A stretch of DNA of 61,205 nucleotides, the filler included, from Collodictyon triciliatum (Eukaryota): NCBI GenBank assembly GCA_043381765.1. It is 9 parts of 9 records of this genome, joined end to end, with 100 filler letters (N's around TTAATTAATTAA, not from the genome) between each part and the next. Parts side by side here need not be neighbours in the genome. Positions count along the whole stretch, not along the records: positions 1 to 6,717 come from JBHJMP010004291.1; positions 6,818 to 13,533 come from JBHJMP010004292.1; 7 more parts are not named here. One strand, 5' to 3'. Under the pieces are notes generated by a model. The model saw only the letters and a program-made list of their open reading frames with translations. It was not told the origin of the DNA and ran no database searches. The translations under genes and the position numbers were made by a program. This document shows positions 1-12,334 of the stretch, in pieces; the first letter of the stretch is position 1; each line of letters begins with the position of its first letter.

Positions 1-3000
1 ACATACTCATACCAGCGGACAAGGAAGGCAGCTGGATTTCTGATGAGGACTACCTTCTCGAAAGAATTAAGAGTGAAACAACAAAAATTGGAGCTGGTTG
101 GGATATCAACCATTTTCTGATCCTGCAAAAATATCTTCGAATGTATCCCTGTCTCTGTAGAATGCCCAACTTCAGTGGACACACCGGAAAAATGCAAGAG
201 TTTGGCCTCACAACAATTGGATATGAAGACAATTTAGATGAGCTCATTGCATTCGTTAAAACATTAAAACCTACTGTATTAGAAAATAGCATAGTTGGAA
301 AGAAAACAAAAAAATTATTTTTTTCCGTTGATGCACTCCGAAAGACAGAGGTAATGAAGCTAATTCATCCCTTCGCCTTGTGGAGGATGGAAGCTAAGCA
401 AGGTCAGGAAAAGGTACCAGAGGACCGGAAGGAATATACTCTTTTCACATTTGTACTGGATGACAATATATTGGATGAAGTGAATGATAATATTCAAAAA
501 GTCATCAACCCCAGCGAAGAAAAAAAGTATACAGAAGAAACCCTTGTTGTCAGAGGATATGCACTTTGCCGGCTGATTTACTTCCATGAGCCTACCAAAG
601 AATCGTTAAGAAAGCTATGTGAGCCGGGATGTCGTATGATAATATTAAAGGATGACCCAAGCAAATCAATTCCAGAGACTGTCAAGATTATCATCAAGGG
701 CAATCTGGCTGGTGTCAATGGAACAGTATCCAAAATATCCGATGAGGTCAAGAGAATTGAAAGAATAATGGTAACAAGAACCGTCAAATTGGAGCTCCAT
801 GAACTTGGGTGTCTGAGGACTGCAGGATTTGCTAGGTTGCGCAAGACGATGAATGACATTGGCTCAGATATTGTGCAGAAACAGGAAGCCAAGGTAGAAC
901 ACAGCCAGATTAGCGGACTCGTCCGTCAAGTGAACTTCGACAACGGATTTGTACTTCAGGTGAGGCACGGGAATATTGCAAGAGATGATCTGGACGCTAT
1001 TGTCTCTTCTTCGAGTGAGGGCCTGATACTTAGAGGAGGTGTAGCTCATGATATCGCTCTTACATTCGGTCCCTTTTTCATGGAAAAATGTATGGAATAT
1101 GTGAAAACCTCAGAGCCCCTGTGCGTTACAGATGCCAAGGCGTTTAGAACAGCAGAAAATTCGAACAAGTATTTGATATGCTCAGTTGCACCAGTTTTGC
1201 CTGCGGGAGCCACAGAACAAATTGCGACCGACTTGCTTCAAGAGACATTTCAAAAAATCTTTGTAGAAGCTCGAACACATGGAATAAGAAAGCTCGCCGT
1301 CCCAGCGCTTTGTGGAAAATCGTTCATCAATTCTTGCGATATAATACTGAAGGCCTTTATTGAGTCATTGAACCGATTCGTTTTATCAGAACCACAGCCA
1401 CCATTTGACCTCATCCGATTTGTGGATACTGATTGGGCAGTAATCGATAATGTGTGCAAGAGGATAGATAAAGAGTATGAGACAACACCTATTGACAGAT
1501 GGTTGAGGCCCCCCAATCCAGAGACCGTGAGCAAGCAATATCCAGAATATCAATGGTATTGGATGGGAGATTCAGGGACATTTATGCCGTATGATGATGA
1601 ATTGAACAGTTTGATTGATTGGTCGCACATGATGGGGTTAAAAAATGCTTACATTCGCAACTCGAATCGAATGGGATCAAAAGTATATGAGATAGATTTC
1701 TATTCAATGGTGCAGAGAAACCCTATTACCAAATATCTGAGGAAAATAAAAAAGGAAAAGTTCATTCCACCGACAACACCACAGGCACAGAACTCTCAAT
1801 CAGCAGGAGAAGACGTGTCAAACTTTAAGGAATACGATCCTGAAGAAGAGGTAGTTGGCTCTGAAGTGACGGAAATAACTTACTTCATAAGAATCAGTCA
1901 CTTACCTGACTATATTGAGAAGGCTGTCGAAAAGATAATCAGAGGAATAAGAGGATGTGTCGAGACTACTGAATTCGAGCTTCTAATTTCCTTCATAGAT
2001 GAGGACCTTTTACTGTTCATGAAAACCCTGGAAAGCCGCTACCAGATTACAATTACAATGCAACATCCTCCAATTCTTGATCCAGAGACACCAATTACAT
2101 GCAAGATACAAATTATTGGCTCAAAGTGTAAGTCCATGCAAGCAAAAATCGACCTTACAGATTACGTCTTCAGAATTCTAGAGGTCAATACTTCACAACT
2201 GGTGCAGTACCCGAAATACTGGGAACCCTTCCAGCAGGGCAACTGTCAACTTTTTGAAGTTCTTCAAGGTTCAGGAGAATGGAACTCTGTTAGTGGACTG
2301 TTTAATAGAACAATCACAGGGAAGACCATTATTCGCATCCACCGAGCACAGAACAAGGTTATATGGAGGAGATTTTTTTTCAACAAAATGTCAATATCTT
2401 CGCTTTTGGGTCGGGAGGCTAGAGTAGAAAGCCTGTTCTATGGAACGAGTATAACAAACCCGAATCTCATTTATAACGACGCAGATGGTGATGGATTCAA
2501 AATGCAATTTTGCACATCCGGCCTGTGGGGTATATAAAATTATACTATAGTTTTGTTTTGTTTTGTTTTGTTGAGTTTTTTGTTTTTGTTTTTGTTTTTG
2601 TTTTTGTTTTTGTTTTTGTTTTTGTTTTTGTTTTTGTTTTTGTTTTTGTTTTTGTTTTTGTTTTTGTTTTTGTTTTTTTAAAAGGATTCCATTGCGGCAC
2701 AGTCACACACCCTTTTTTTTTAAAAAAAAAAATGCTATTCATCGCATGAATCCTTATCGTCATGGTAGGTCAAGGGATGTACTTCGCATCAAGGGCATCC
2801 TACTCTGATGGATACAAGTTTGAAGTAGGAGATGGCAACTCACAAATGTTTCTTGCAGATGTGATTGTGGGAGACTCCGTGCAGCTTCCACAAGATAATG
2901 CTTTGGTGTTACCACCGTGGAAACCAGACGGCACTATGAGATACCAATCTGTGTCTGGGAATACGTGTGATACTCCTATCTTTATTGGTATGTATATTTT

Positions 3001-3119
3001 ATCATGATTTTTTCTTGAAGCTTTTAATTTTATGAGAAATGTGTTTAAAAATAACTCGATGAATAATAGTTTACGAAAATAACCGGGCCTATCCGAGCTA
3101 TCTCATCACATACAATTGA
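1..3119 (+). CDS. Macro domain + WWE + PARP catalytic domain protein (PARP14/PARP12-like), 5' truncated; exons <1..2529, 2769..2987, 3070..3119
   Basis: The frame is open from base 3. Macro motif VLQVRHGNIARDDLDAIVSS...GGVA; WWE motif YQWYWMGDSGTFMPYD...YEIDFYSMVQRN. PARP motifs IHRAQNKVIW, LFYGT, GLWG|QGMYFASRASYS, QMFLADVIVG, FI|VYENNRAYPSYLITY* are joined through two GT-AG introns. Confidence 0.9.
2578..2673. repeat. (TTTTTG)n microsatellite inside a PARP intron
   Basis: Direct tandem repeat seen in the sequence. Confidence 0.95.
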
Positions 3120-3733
3120 TGATGATGATGATGAGTCTGAGTGCAACGAGAATAATTACCGGGGCAATCGATTGAGAAACGAGAACTGCGACAACAGAAA
3201 AAAAGCAGCAGCAGCAAAAACAACAAAAAATATAAGTCAGTGACTGCACCCCAAAAAGAAAAAGAAAAGAAGAAAACCACACTCAATCTCATGTTTTGAT
3301 TTGATGCACTTGCCGACTTGTTCCCGCAATAAATAAATAAAAAAAAGCATAAATTAAGTACAATTATTGAACTTAAAGTGCGTACCACATCGTGGCAGTT
3401 TTGAGAGTAACCGTTCAAATACGGCAAGGATAGATGCTAGGCTGTCTAAGTTCATTTGAGCAACTTGAAATAATCGTGTAAACCAGAAGAGAGTTTGTAA
3501 CTAAGAGCATCGAAATGAGGACTACTGTTGCCACAAACATAGCACTTCCTTTTTTTTAAGCACTAATATATGTAATGAATCATTTAATGGTTTCCCAGCA
3601 ACCCAGAATGTTTTATGAAAGGCATGATAAACCAAATGTCTGAACAATTTGCGAATGTTTGTTTTATTATTTAGACACAGTTAGATCTAGTTGTATTCGA
3701 CACTAACAGAACATCAATAAAGTTGTCGGGTTG

Positions 3734-3869
3734 ATGAAAGCACACACACGGCAATTACTTCGAAAATCGATTTCGACGAGACCTTTCAGCTTTCTATCTC
3801 AGACAAGGTTTACATCCTATTTCATTCCACAGGATGAGTCTTTTGAGGGACAACGGGTCACTTTCCTTG
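3734..3869 (+). CDS. Possible first exon of a mitochondrion-targeted protein (perhaps RNase Z/metallo-beta-lactamase), cut by an N gap
   Basis: R/S/L-rich, acid-free N-terminus MKAHTRQLLRKSISTRPFSFLSQTRF followed by VTFL(G), which resembles the RNase Z 'VTFLGT' start. The segment is too short to be sure. Confidence 0.3.
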
Positions 3870-4656
3870 NNNNNNNNNNNNNNNNNNNNNNNNNNNNNNN
3901 NNNNNNNNNNNNNNNNNNNNNNNNNNNNNNNNNNNNNNNNNNNNNNNNNNNNNNNNNNNNNNNNNNNNNNNNNNNNNNNNNNNNNNNNNNNNNNNNNNNN
4001 NNNNNNNNNNNNNNNNNNNNNNNNNNNNNNNNNNNNNNNNNNNNNNNNNNNNNNNNNNNNNNNNNNNNNNNNNNNNNNNNNNNNNNNNNNNNNNNNNNNN
4101 NNNNNNNNNNNNNNNNNNNNNNNNNNNNNNNNNNNNNNNNNNNNNNNNNNNNNNNNNNNNNNNNNNNNNNNNNNNNNNNNNNNNNNNNNNNNNNNNNNNN
4201 NNNNNNNNNNNNNNNNNNNNNNNNNNNNNNNNNNNNNNNNNNNNNNNNNNNNNNNNNNNNNNNNNNNNNNNNNNNNNNNNNNNNNNNNNNNNNNNNNNNN
4301 NNNNNNNNNNNNNNNNNNNNNNNNNNNNNNNNNNNNNNNNNNNNNNNNNNNNNNNNNNNNNNNNNNNNNNNNNNNNNNNNNNNNNNNNNNNNNNNNNNNN
4401 NNNNNNNNNNNNNNNNNNNNNNNNNNNNNNNNNNNNNNNNNNNNNNNNNNNNNNNNNNNNNNNNNNNNNNNNNNNNNNNNNNNNNNNNNNNNNNNNNNNN
4501 NNNNNNNNNNNNNNNNNNNNNNNNNNNNNNNNNNNNNNNNNNNNNNNNNNNNNNNNNNNNNNNNNNNNNNNNNNNNNNNNNNNNNNNNNNNNNNNNNNNN
4601 NNNNNNNNNNNNNNNNNNNNNNNNNNNNNNNNNNNNNNNNNNNNNNNNNNNNNNNC

Positions 4657-5100
4657 CACGTGGGTCGGTCTGAACGGCTTCAGCTACTCACGAAGTAGTT
4701 GCGGCCACATGTCCAGCGGTAGTTGGTAGAACATCACCGAGGTCTTTGTTGGTTTACTTCTAGCGAAGCTGACCATAATATCGCTCAAACTTATCTGCTT
4801 CAGCTCCAGAAGCTTTCGGGCGTTTTCTGCAGTGCGGAAGGCAATCAGGCAAAGGCCTTCGCTGTCCGGTAAGCGCAATTGGATGGACTCTTCCCAAAGT
4901 TTGTTCGCTTTCAAGAAGGAGGCGAGCGCATCTGTGAGTCTGCGGGCCTTGTTCTTGTTGTAAACGACGTGCTCGACACAGTGCAAAAAAAAGTTCGCTC
5001 AGACAGACTTGCAGGCGGCTTCCTGGACTTGCGAGCAACTCGGGGTTTTCCGCACCAGCGTTGGAACCAGAAGAACTGGTTGCTACTTTCAAAGTCAATA
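4657..5100 (-). mobile_element. Degenerate non-LTR retrotransposon ORF1 (RRM/gag-like) fragment
   Basis: The translation LCLIAFRTAENARKLLELKQISL...KTSVMFYQLPLDMWPQLLRE*LKPF resembles L1/Tx1-clade ORF1p. It has an in-frame TAG and a frameshift in the poly-T run, and is more GC-rich than its flanks. Confidence 0.45.
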
Positions 5101-6717
5101 GGGGCGTCCGCTTTTTTTTTTTATTGATGTGGAAGCGTGAGTGGCAACGCACGAAAATAAGGAAAGTAATATCTCGGTGAGCAAGATTAAGGGAAGCTCA
5201 GTTACTTATCATTTTTATTCATGCAAAAGATTCTTCTCATGGAAGATTCATGATATTGTGCTACTCAGTAAGGCCAATATCCTGTCTGCCTTGGAGAAGC
5301 CCGCAGCACCTCAGGGTATTTCCTCATAACGCAGGGATTGGTTGATAGGCTCGAGCTGGACACCATTAGGACTTTTAGCTCCCGCAGCTCATCACTGTCC
5401 ACCCCTACCAGAAATTCCTTATCTTTTGGCACTTTATACCAACATGACTCTCAAGATCAAACCAACCACCGCTCCTGCCACAGTGACACCGATGTAGATG
5501 CTGTGCGATTCATCCTTCGTTACAGCGCATTATAAGAGATTTTTGATCGAGTCTAGCATTTTAATCATGGACACATTTCCTCTAGTCTGAACTATACCGG
5601 GTTCTCTATGATAATAACTACCTCATCATACGTGATACTCTTGACTTTGAGGTCAATGAGCACCTGGATATGATGATTCTTGATTAAACATAATCAAATA
5701 CTAATTTATTTTTTAATGCGAAAATAGGACATAGATTTTGAAGTCCATCGAAAATACACCAGCAAATTTTTTTATCCAGTCGATCAAATGCAAATGCGCT
5801 GATCAAAATACAATAAAGAAATTACACAGCAATATTGACACAACATCTGTATAAAATAATTATCAACGTTAACTTGGCTTCCTCCTCTTGCAGCACTTAA
5901 TGTTTCGATTATAATGTCTATGGCTGCCATGTCAGAGCCTGGTTTGTCTAACATAGCAACCGAAAAATAAAAAAACAATTGCAGTCAGGAGTGAAATTAG
6001 TAGTGGAGGGGCAGAGTTGTCCCCGCGGTGAGTTAAGGCCTTCAGCCTAAAGAAGATATATAAATGTTGAACTAAATTCATATAAGCCCGAAGCTCGAAG
6101 CAAAGCACGAACATTTTTTGGAGAAAAAAAATGTCTCACCAATCCATCAACAGATTCATTTTTGTCAAAGTTATTCGAGTCCGGCTGCGATTGGATTTCA
6201 AAGATGATATAATTGCTATCTGAAAAGTATTGAGTTTTGATATTAATTGTAATTAAAAATAGTCGGAAATAAAAAAAAAATTTTTTTTCTTCCTTTCAAT
6301 TTTGTGCAGGAGGTGGTGTTGGCAGTGGAAATAAAAATTATTAGAAATATTAATTTGACCATACCAAGTGATGGAGACTTTGAAGGAGATTGAGTTTGAA
6401 AACGAGACTGGGAGCGAGACTGAGATTTTTGTGTATCAGTCCCATTTTTTTTGGTTTTTTGTTTTTTTTGTTTTTTGTGTATCAGTCCCATTTTTTTTTT
6501 TGGTTTTTTGGTCTTTTTGTTTTTTGTTTGATTGTTTTGTTTTTTGTTTTTTGTTTTTTGTTTTTTGTTTTTTGTTTTTTGTTTTTTGTTTTTTGTTTTT
6601 TGTTTTTTGTTATTCGTTTTATTGTTTTATTGTTTTATTGTTTTATTGTTTTATTGTTTTATTGTTTTATTGTTTTATTGTTTTATTGTTTTATTGTTTT
6701 ATTGTTTTATTGTTTTA

Positions 6718-6817
6718 NNNNNNNNNNNNNNNNNNNNNNNNNNNNNNNNNNNNNNNNNNNNTTAATTAATTAANNNNNNNNNNNNNNNNNNNNNNNNNNN
6801 NNNNNNNNNNNNNNNNN
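6718..6817. other. Artificial assembly spacer N44-TTAATTAATTAA-N44; the 12-mer lies at 6762-6773 and recurs at 13578, 20393, 27205, 34015, 40831, 47640 and 54445
   Basis: The identical 100-nt cassette has stops in all six frames and is mostly flanked by microsatellites or homopolymers that break assemblies. Confidence 0.97.
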
Positions 6818-6978
6818 CAAAAAACAAACAAAAAACAAACAAAAAACAAACAAAAAACAAACAAAAAACAAACAAAAAACAAACAAAAAACAAACAAAAA
6901 ACAAACAAAAAACAAAGAACAAAAAAACAAAAAAAACCGCTCCCTCACAGCTCAGGCACAGGTGCAGCCGCGTGTTGA

Positions 6979-9794
6979 ATGGGCTGCGGACTTTCGAGAA
7001 AGACTGCAACCGTGCAGCCATCCCCGCTCATTGACCCCAAAGACCTCAAAGAGAGCTCAGAGCCACAAACACGCCTGATCCTTTCAAACTCGATCCGCTC
7101 GCTGCCGCTCTCAAAGTCCAACCCAGAGCTTTCCCCCTCGAAAAAAAACAGCGCAGGCTTATCACCCCCGAATCCGATCGCAGCTTCGCCTTCGACTGGT
7201 CCAATGCTCGCCTCTGAATCTGCCCCGGACTTGTCACAGAATCCCTCACAAAGTAGCAAAGTCATCCAGGTTGCAGCGGCAAATCCAACATCGCCCGGTC
7301 GGCACCGCGTATCCCACTCGACTGCCGAGCATCCACGCGCAGTTTCTCCACCTGTCTCCGCATCGCCCCGCTATCGCGACGCCCAGCAAGCCGAACAGGC
7401 TTCCAATACGATGTTTTCATCTTTGCCCGCAGAAACCCATCCTGCTTTTAGTGGGAATGACCTGCAGGAAAGAAAGGAAGTCTCGGTTGCAGATGCGGGC
7501 TGGAATGAGGGCGATTCAGTCGAGACGGTAGAGTTGCTGCATGAGTTGCCAAAGAGTATGGAAAAGAGCGATGTTAAATCAAGGCCAGTGCCGATCCACG
7601 CAAAGATCTTTGATGAGAGCAATCATGATGCGTTAAGCCTGCGTCCTGATGTAGCACAGTCTGCATTGTCCACATCGCCAACGTCGTCCGAGGGCTCGTC
7701 CATTTCATCCTCCTCGGCTCTTTCTCCGAGCAAAGGAAAGAAGAAAAAGAAGGTGACAATTATTAATGTTTCCCTCGGTTTTTTTTTTTGGGTGATGTTC
7801 TTTATTTTTATCCTCAGAATGGTTTGTTGTTATCAATTAAATATTGTTTCCATACTTATCACCAGAAATTCACTTTTTTGATTCGCTTCATTTTTTCTTT
7901 TTGTACTTTTACATCCGCTTTTTGTTATTATCATTGTTATTTTTCGCATTACATGAAACTGTATATATATATATGAAAAAGATGCAAAAGATGCACAATT
8001 TTCTTTTCTTTTGTCTTTAATCGCTATTTGTAAGTGAGCATCTATTAGAGCCATCGACTGACAGAGAAATCTATTGATAGCCGTTGCCTGCGATGTCTGG
8101 TGGTATTCAAAACCTTCCACCACGACCGTCCCAGAATTCATCGATTGGGCTCCCTCCACTAGAAAGTGTAAAGGGAATCAAGCCGACTGCATTGAAGCCG
8201 ATATCAAACGCACCTCGGGTGGCTGATTCTAGCCTCAAATCTAATGTACTCATCTTGAACCAACCGGTATCATCAGAGTCTGTGTCGAGTAATGTTTCAA
8301 AGGATTCAGTCAAGGCGAGTGCAGATGTATTGATTGAGGGTCAGCGCACCTTCATAGATACGAGTAATTCAAATCAAAAGGAAGTGTTAAATTCTATTTC
8401 AAATCATCCTGATAATCAAAAGCCGATTGAAAAGCCTAATCAAAAGCCGATTGAAAAGCCTATTGAAAAGCCGATTGAAAAGCCTATTGAAAAGCCGATT
8501 GAAAAGCCGATTGAAAAACCTATTGAAAAGCCGATTGAAAAACCTATGGAAAAGCCTATTGAAAAACCTATTGAAAAACCTATGGAAAAACCTATGGAAA
8601 AGCCTATTGAAAAGCCGATTGAAAGGCCTATTGAAAAGCCGATTGAAAAGCCGATTGAAAAGCCGATTGAAAAGCCGATTGAAAAGCCGATTGAAAAGCC
8701 GAGCCAAAAGGGAGCGGACCCGGCTAGCAGTCTCACTCTGCCTCCTCTGTCCAGAAGCACTGCAGCCACGGGACCAGAGAGCCAGGGTTCTCAGGAAGCA
8801 AACGGACAGGCAAAGCGAGCTCCTGCTGCCCTGACCCGGGTGGTGCGCCACAACATCGGAGTCATGAGAAGCCGCCAGTTCCGCCAGATGATTGAGGTTC
8901 TTGACTGGCCTGCGGGGTGCCTGAAGGACGAAGCAAGAAGGGCTCTCTTTGTCGTGATAAGTCTGCGTCTCTGCCCACAACCTGATTTCACATCTCACTT
9001 CACTTACTGGCTCATCATGATACTATTTCTCGCTGCCACAAAGAAACAAGGAAACAAAGAAACAAAGAATCAAAGAAACAAACACACACGCATATATATG
9101 TATATAATATACATACAAAATGATATTGAATACCACTTGTGGCAAGAAAGAAAGAAAGAAAGAAAAAACATGAAGCCTACTTTCTCTGCCTTTCTAACGC
9201 ACATTTCACCCCCTTCTTCTCCCTCCATTTCTGTTATCCCTTTCGTTCTTTCTCTCACTCTGGTGATGTCGGTGCGAGGCAGATGAGGAAGGGCAAATCA
9301 AAGAGTACTACCGGCCAATCGTGGCGATGGCGAACCTGAATCCGTTCCAGATCTGCATCGGCCACATGAACGACATCATCGACCGCGTCCGGATGGACGG
9401 ATACAGCACCATCATCGAGATCATAGCGTCGCGGAATCCGTACGACCACGTCTACTTCAAGTTTGCCACGTACGAGGACATTGGATTCCGCGTGAGCAGC
9501 GGGCAGGAGACCACACTGATGCAGACGCTAAACAACGTCAACAAGGAGCACGTCAAAGGCCCGCGCGAGCTGCACACGCACAAAAACTACTATGCAAATG
9601 CAAAGATCTTCCAGCTGCTCCGCGACAACTTCAGCCGAGGCGCAATCACGGCCAAGCAGTTTTCGTGCAGGATGAAGGTCTACAACGAGGCCTCCCAACG
9701 CATGGCCTTGGGCATAGCCTCGCTGGACACCCTCCAGGTGGACGAAATCATCCAGCTGCGGAGGCTGTTGTATGCCGAGTGGCTGATCGGCTGA
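6979..9794 (+). CDS. Unknown N-myristoylated/palmitoylated low-complexity protein with KPIE repeats and a globular C-terminal domain; exons 6979..7752, 8081..8960, 9283..9794
   Basis: MGCGLS start (G2/C3 acylation motif). GT-AG junctions keep frame (KK|PLPAM; VVIN|EEGQIKEYYRPIVAMANLNPF). The last exon has strong coding bias and ends in TGA. Confidence 0.75.
8418..8700 (+). repeat. 12-bp coding minisatellite (AAGCCGATTGAA and variants) encoding more than 20 KP(I/M)E units
   Basis: Tandem repeat with synonymous variation (CCG/CCT, AAG/AAA), in frame with the exon. Confidence 0.95.
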
Positions 9795-10484
9795 GCGGCC
9801 GATTGGCCTGGTTCGGTGCTTTGCAGATGATTGCCGTTCTCCTCTCCTCTTCCTTCTTGGTTGCTCCTCTCCGGCAAGGTCCCCTCCGGCGTGCCATATC
9901 CTTCCTATTGGTTTCTACATCATACTCTTTCTAGTATGGGGGTAGAGATGAAATTGAAAGGGAGAGGAAGAGAGAAGAGGGAGGAGAAAAAAAACCAGGT
10001 TGCATATAGGTGAATCATAGCGGAAATGATAATAATAATAATTGAGAAATAAACTATTATATTAAGATTGTTTTATGATTGACAGATATGGCTGTAATGA
10101 AATTGGAGTATAGGGATGGAGTCGATGGAGGCGAGATTTAAGCAAGCAGGTAATCGGAGAAGGGTTGCCAATGCTTTTGAGTTTTTCTTGCTCCCTTTTC
10201 ATAAGGTGCTGGCACCTCTGGTCACTTGAATATCAAAGCTCTTCCAACGATTTTCTTTTAGTAAGGTATTTGCAGGATGTGACAGTGACGAAAAAAAAAG
10301 TGGAAATCTCATAGCACCCGTCGAAAAGCTAGGACGTGTTAAAATGAGAAATCCCTTAGAATAAGTGCAGTGATTATTATAGGTGAACAAACAAAAGAAC
10401 AACTTTCATCAAAAAAAAACTTGGAAAAATTGTGTATGTCAAGACGAGAAAGTTGTTGCAAATCATACCTTGGTGCGCAGATGA

Positions 10485-12052
10485 TCAAACATCATCGGTT
10501 AGGACTGCAGTATTGGATTGATCAGTGCATGGTGCATCTGTGTTGGGGTAAGTATCGCTGGATTCTTGTTGATTGTATTCCTGCTGAAGTGATGCGAGCT
10601 CCAAATCAGGGCGGCTCGTTGCAGTTTGAGAGGATGTAGCACCGTGGCGAATCCAGAAATATCTGATTAGGAGGAAAGAAGCAAGCAAGACGAGGAGAAC
10701 AAGAACTGACAGCATCATGGGGCCCTTGATGTAGATGGGCAGACGGAACATGGAGACGGCGGAGATAAACATGAGAAGCAGCAATATACGCATGAGTTTG
10801 TCTGTGTCTGTGTATTTTGCAGCCCGATTTCCAGCCAGGAGTCCAATTAGTGAAAAGAAAGCAGCACCTATGTAAGCAAACACAGAGAAATACCGGTATA
10901 ATGTAAAAAGAAATTATATATTTTTAAATCGAATTAAAGATAATATAAGAAATTATATATAGCAAGCGTGGTGAAAGAGAAGCAAAGTTATTGTGGATTT
11001 CGTAATAGAAAAGAGCGGCGACAATTCAAAAAAAAACAAAAAACAAAAAAACAAAGGAGACAGAATCACCTATATGTCGGAGACTTTAAACCGCAAAATA
11101 AAATAAACAAGAATGTACTATTTGAAATACGAATCAAACCCAGGTAAAGAACCCAAGTGAGGCTCTGATCAAAGCCATCAGGGACGGTGTAGAGATTGAG
11201 CGGACCGGCGTACAAAGCGATGCGAAGCGGCATGGACAACATACCAGCCAGAGTGAACGTGGCGCGAATGGCATGAATTGGAAGTGGGAAAAGTGCAAAG
11301 TAGAGCATAATGGGAGGCCCGCCGACACCAAGCATACCCGACAAGACACCCGACAAAAATCCAAAGACCCCGGCTGCAAAGAGCGCCCGCCCACTCGGCC
11401 GCTTCCACCAAGGAAGAGCAAGGTCATAGCCCGCGTCCTCATCAAGCAGCTGCTGTCTCCAACGCTGCCGCCTTTGTTTTATTTTACTTTAATTCGGCTT
11501 CATGATACATTGGTTGCTTTTTATCTTCTTTTTTTACAAGATATGGGTTGTTTCAGCACCTTTACGATTATTAAAACGCATGATTTTTTTTTTTTGGATT
11601 TGAGAATACCAAGTGAGGGCACCATAGTCCGAGGCAGAAGCGTGCGGCGGAGGGAGCGAGCGCTGAGCAGCGATCTGTGCGGCGCGAAAGAGCGCGAAGG
11701 CAAGAAGAAGGGCGGCGAGGGCGTTGGCCAGGACGTCGGGGGAGCCGAGCGCAAGGAGCGCAGAGCCCAGGGGCGTGGCGAGCAGCAGCGGCAGGCCGAG
11801 AGCGGCAGCGCGGGGCAGATGCGCGTGGCGATGGGTCAGGATCAGCAGAACCAGCGCGCATGGTGTGTCCATCACAGAGACTAGCGCAACGCCCAGCCGC
11901 AGAGGCGCCCCGCTTTCTCCAACCCCCGGCACAAGGCCCACGAGCGTCCAGCTCATCAGAAACAGGATCGCCGATCCGAAGGACGTCAGCCCGAGGACGA
12001 AGCCGCTCACAAGCGCCAGGCCGCAAACAACACCGATCAGCCACGCGGCCAT
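10485..12052 (-). CDS. Sulfite exporter TauE/SafE (TSUP) family membrane protein; exons 12052..11610, 11471..11140, 10867..10485
   Basis: Motifs SGFVLGLTSFGSAI and GFLSGVLSGMLGVGGPPIMLYF, with multiple TM helices. Canonical GT-AG introns are in frame. Confidence 0.85.
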
Positions 12053-12334
12053 CCGGGGGCTTTCCTGCTGTTTGTTTGTTTGTTTGTTAGTTCGTTCACT
12101 CGCTTGCTTGTTTGCTTGTTTGGTTCCTTGTCTGCTTTTATTCTGCTTCGTCCTTGCGCCTGGTGGAATGTTGCGCGAGACCACATTGGTGGCGGATGGA
12201 TCGGGCGGATATAAAGGCAAAACCGCACGGAGTACGCATTCAATGAAACCGACGAAAAATAAAGGACTGCATTCCATGAAAGCGAAAGCGAAAGGGGTAT
12301 TAAAGGGAGGGCGAAGATACAACAAGAATCATGG

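Noticed and set aside
5141-6390. Coding-like segments between the LINE ORF1 fragment and the gap
   Set aside because: Every frame has multiple stops and there is no recognisable motif, so no call can be supported.
6762-6773. Regularly recurring palindrome TTAATTAATTAA (8 copies)
   Set aside because: Always centred in an identical 100-nt N cassette, so it is an artificial six-frame stop linker and not biology.
8418-8700. CRISPR-like or telomeric array
   Set aside because: It is a spacer-less 12-bp coding tandem repeat with synonymous variation.
9896-9905. ATATCCTT U12-like donor
   Set aside because: It lies in the 3' UTR or intergenic DNA with no convincing branch site or downstream exon.
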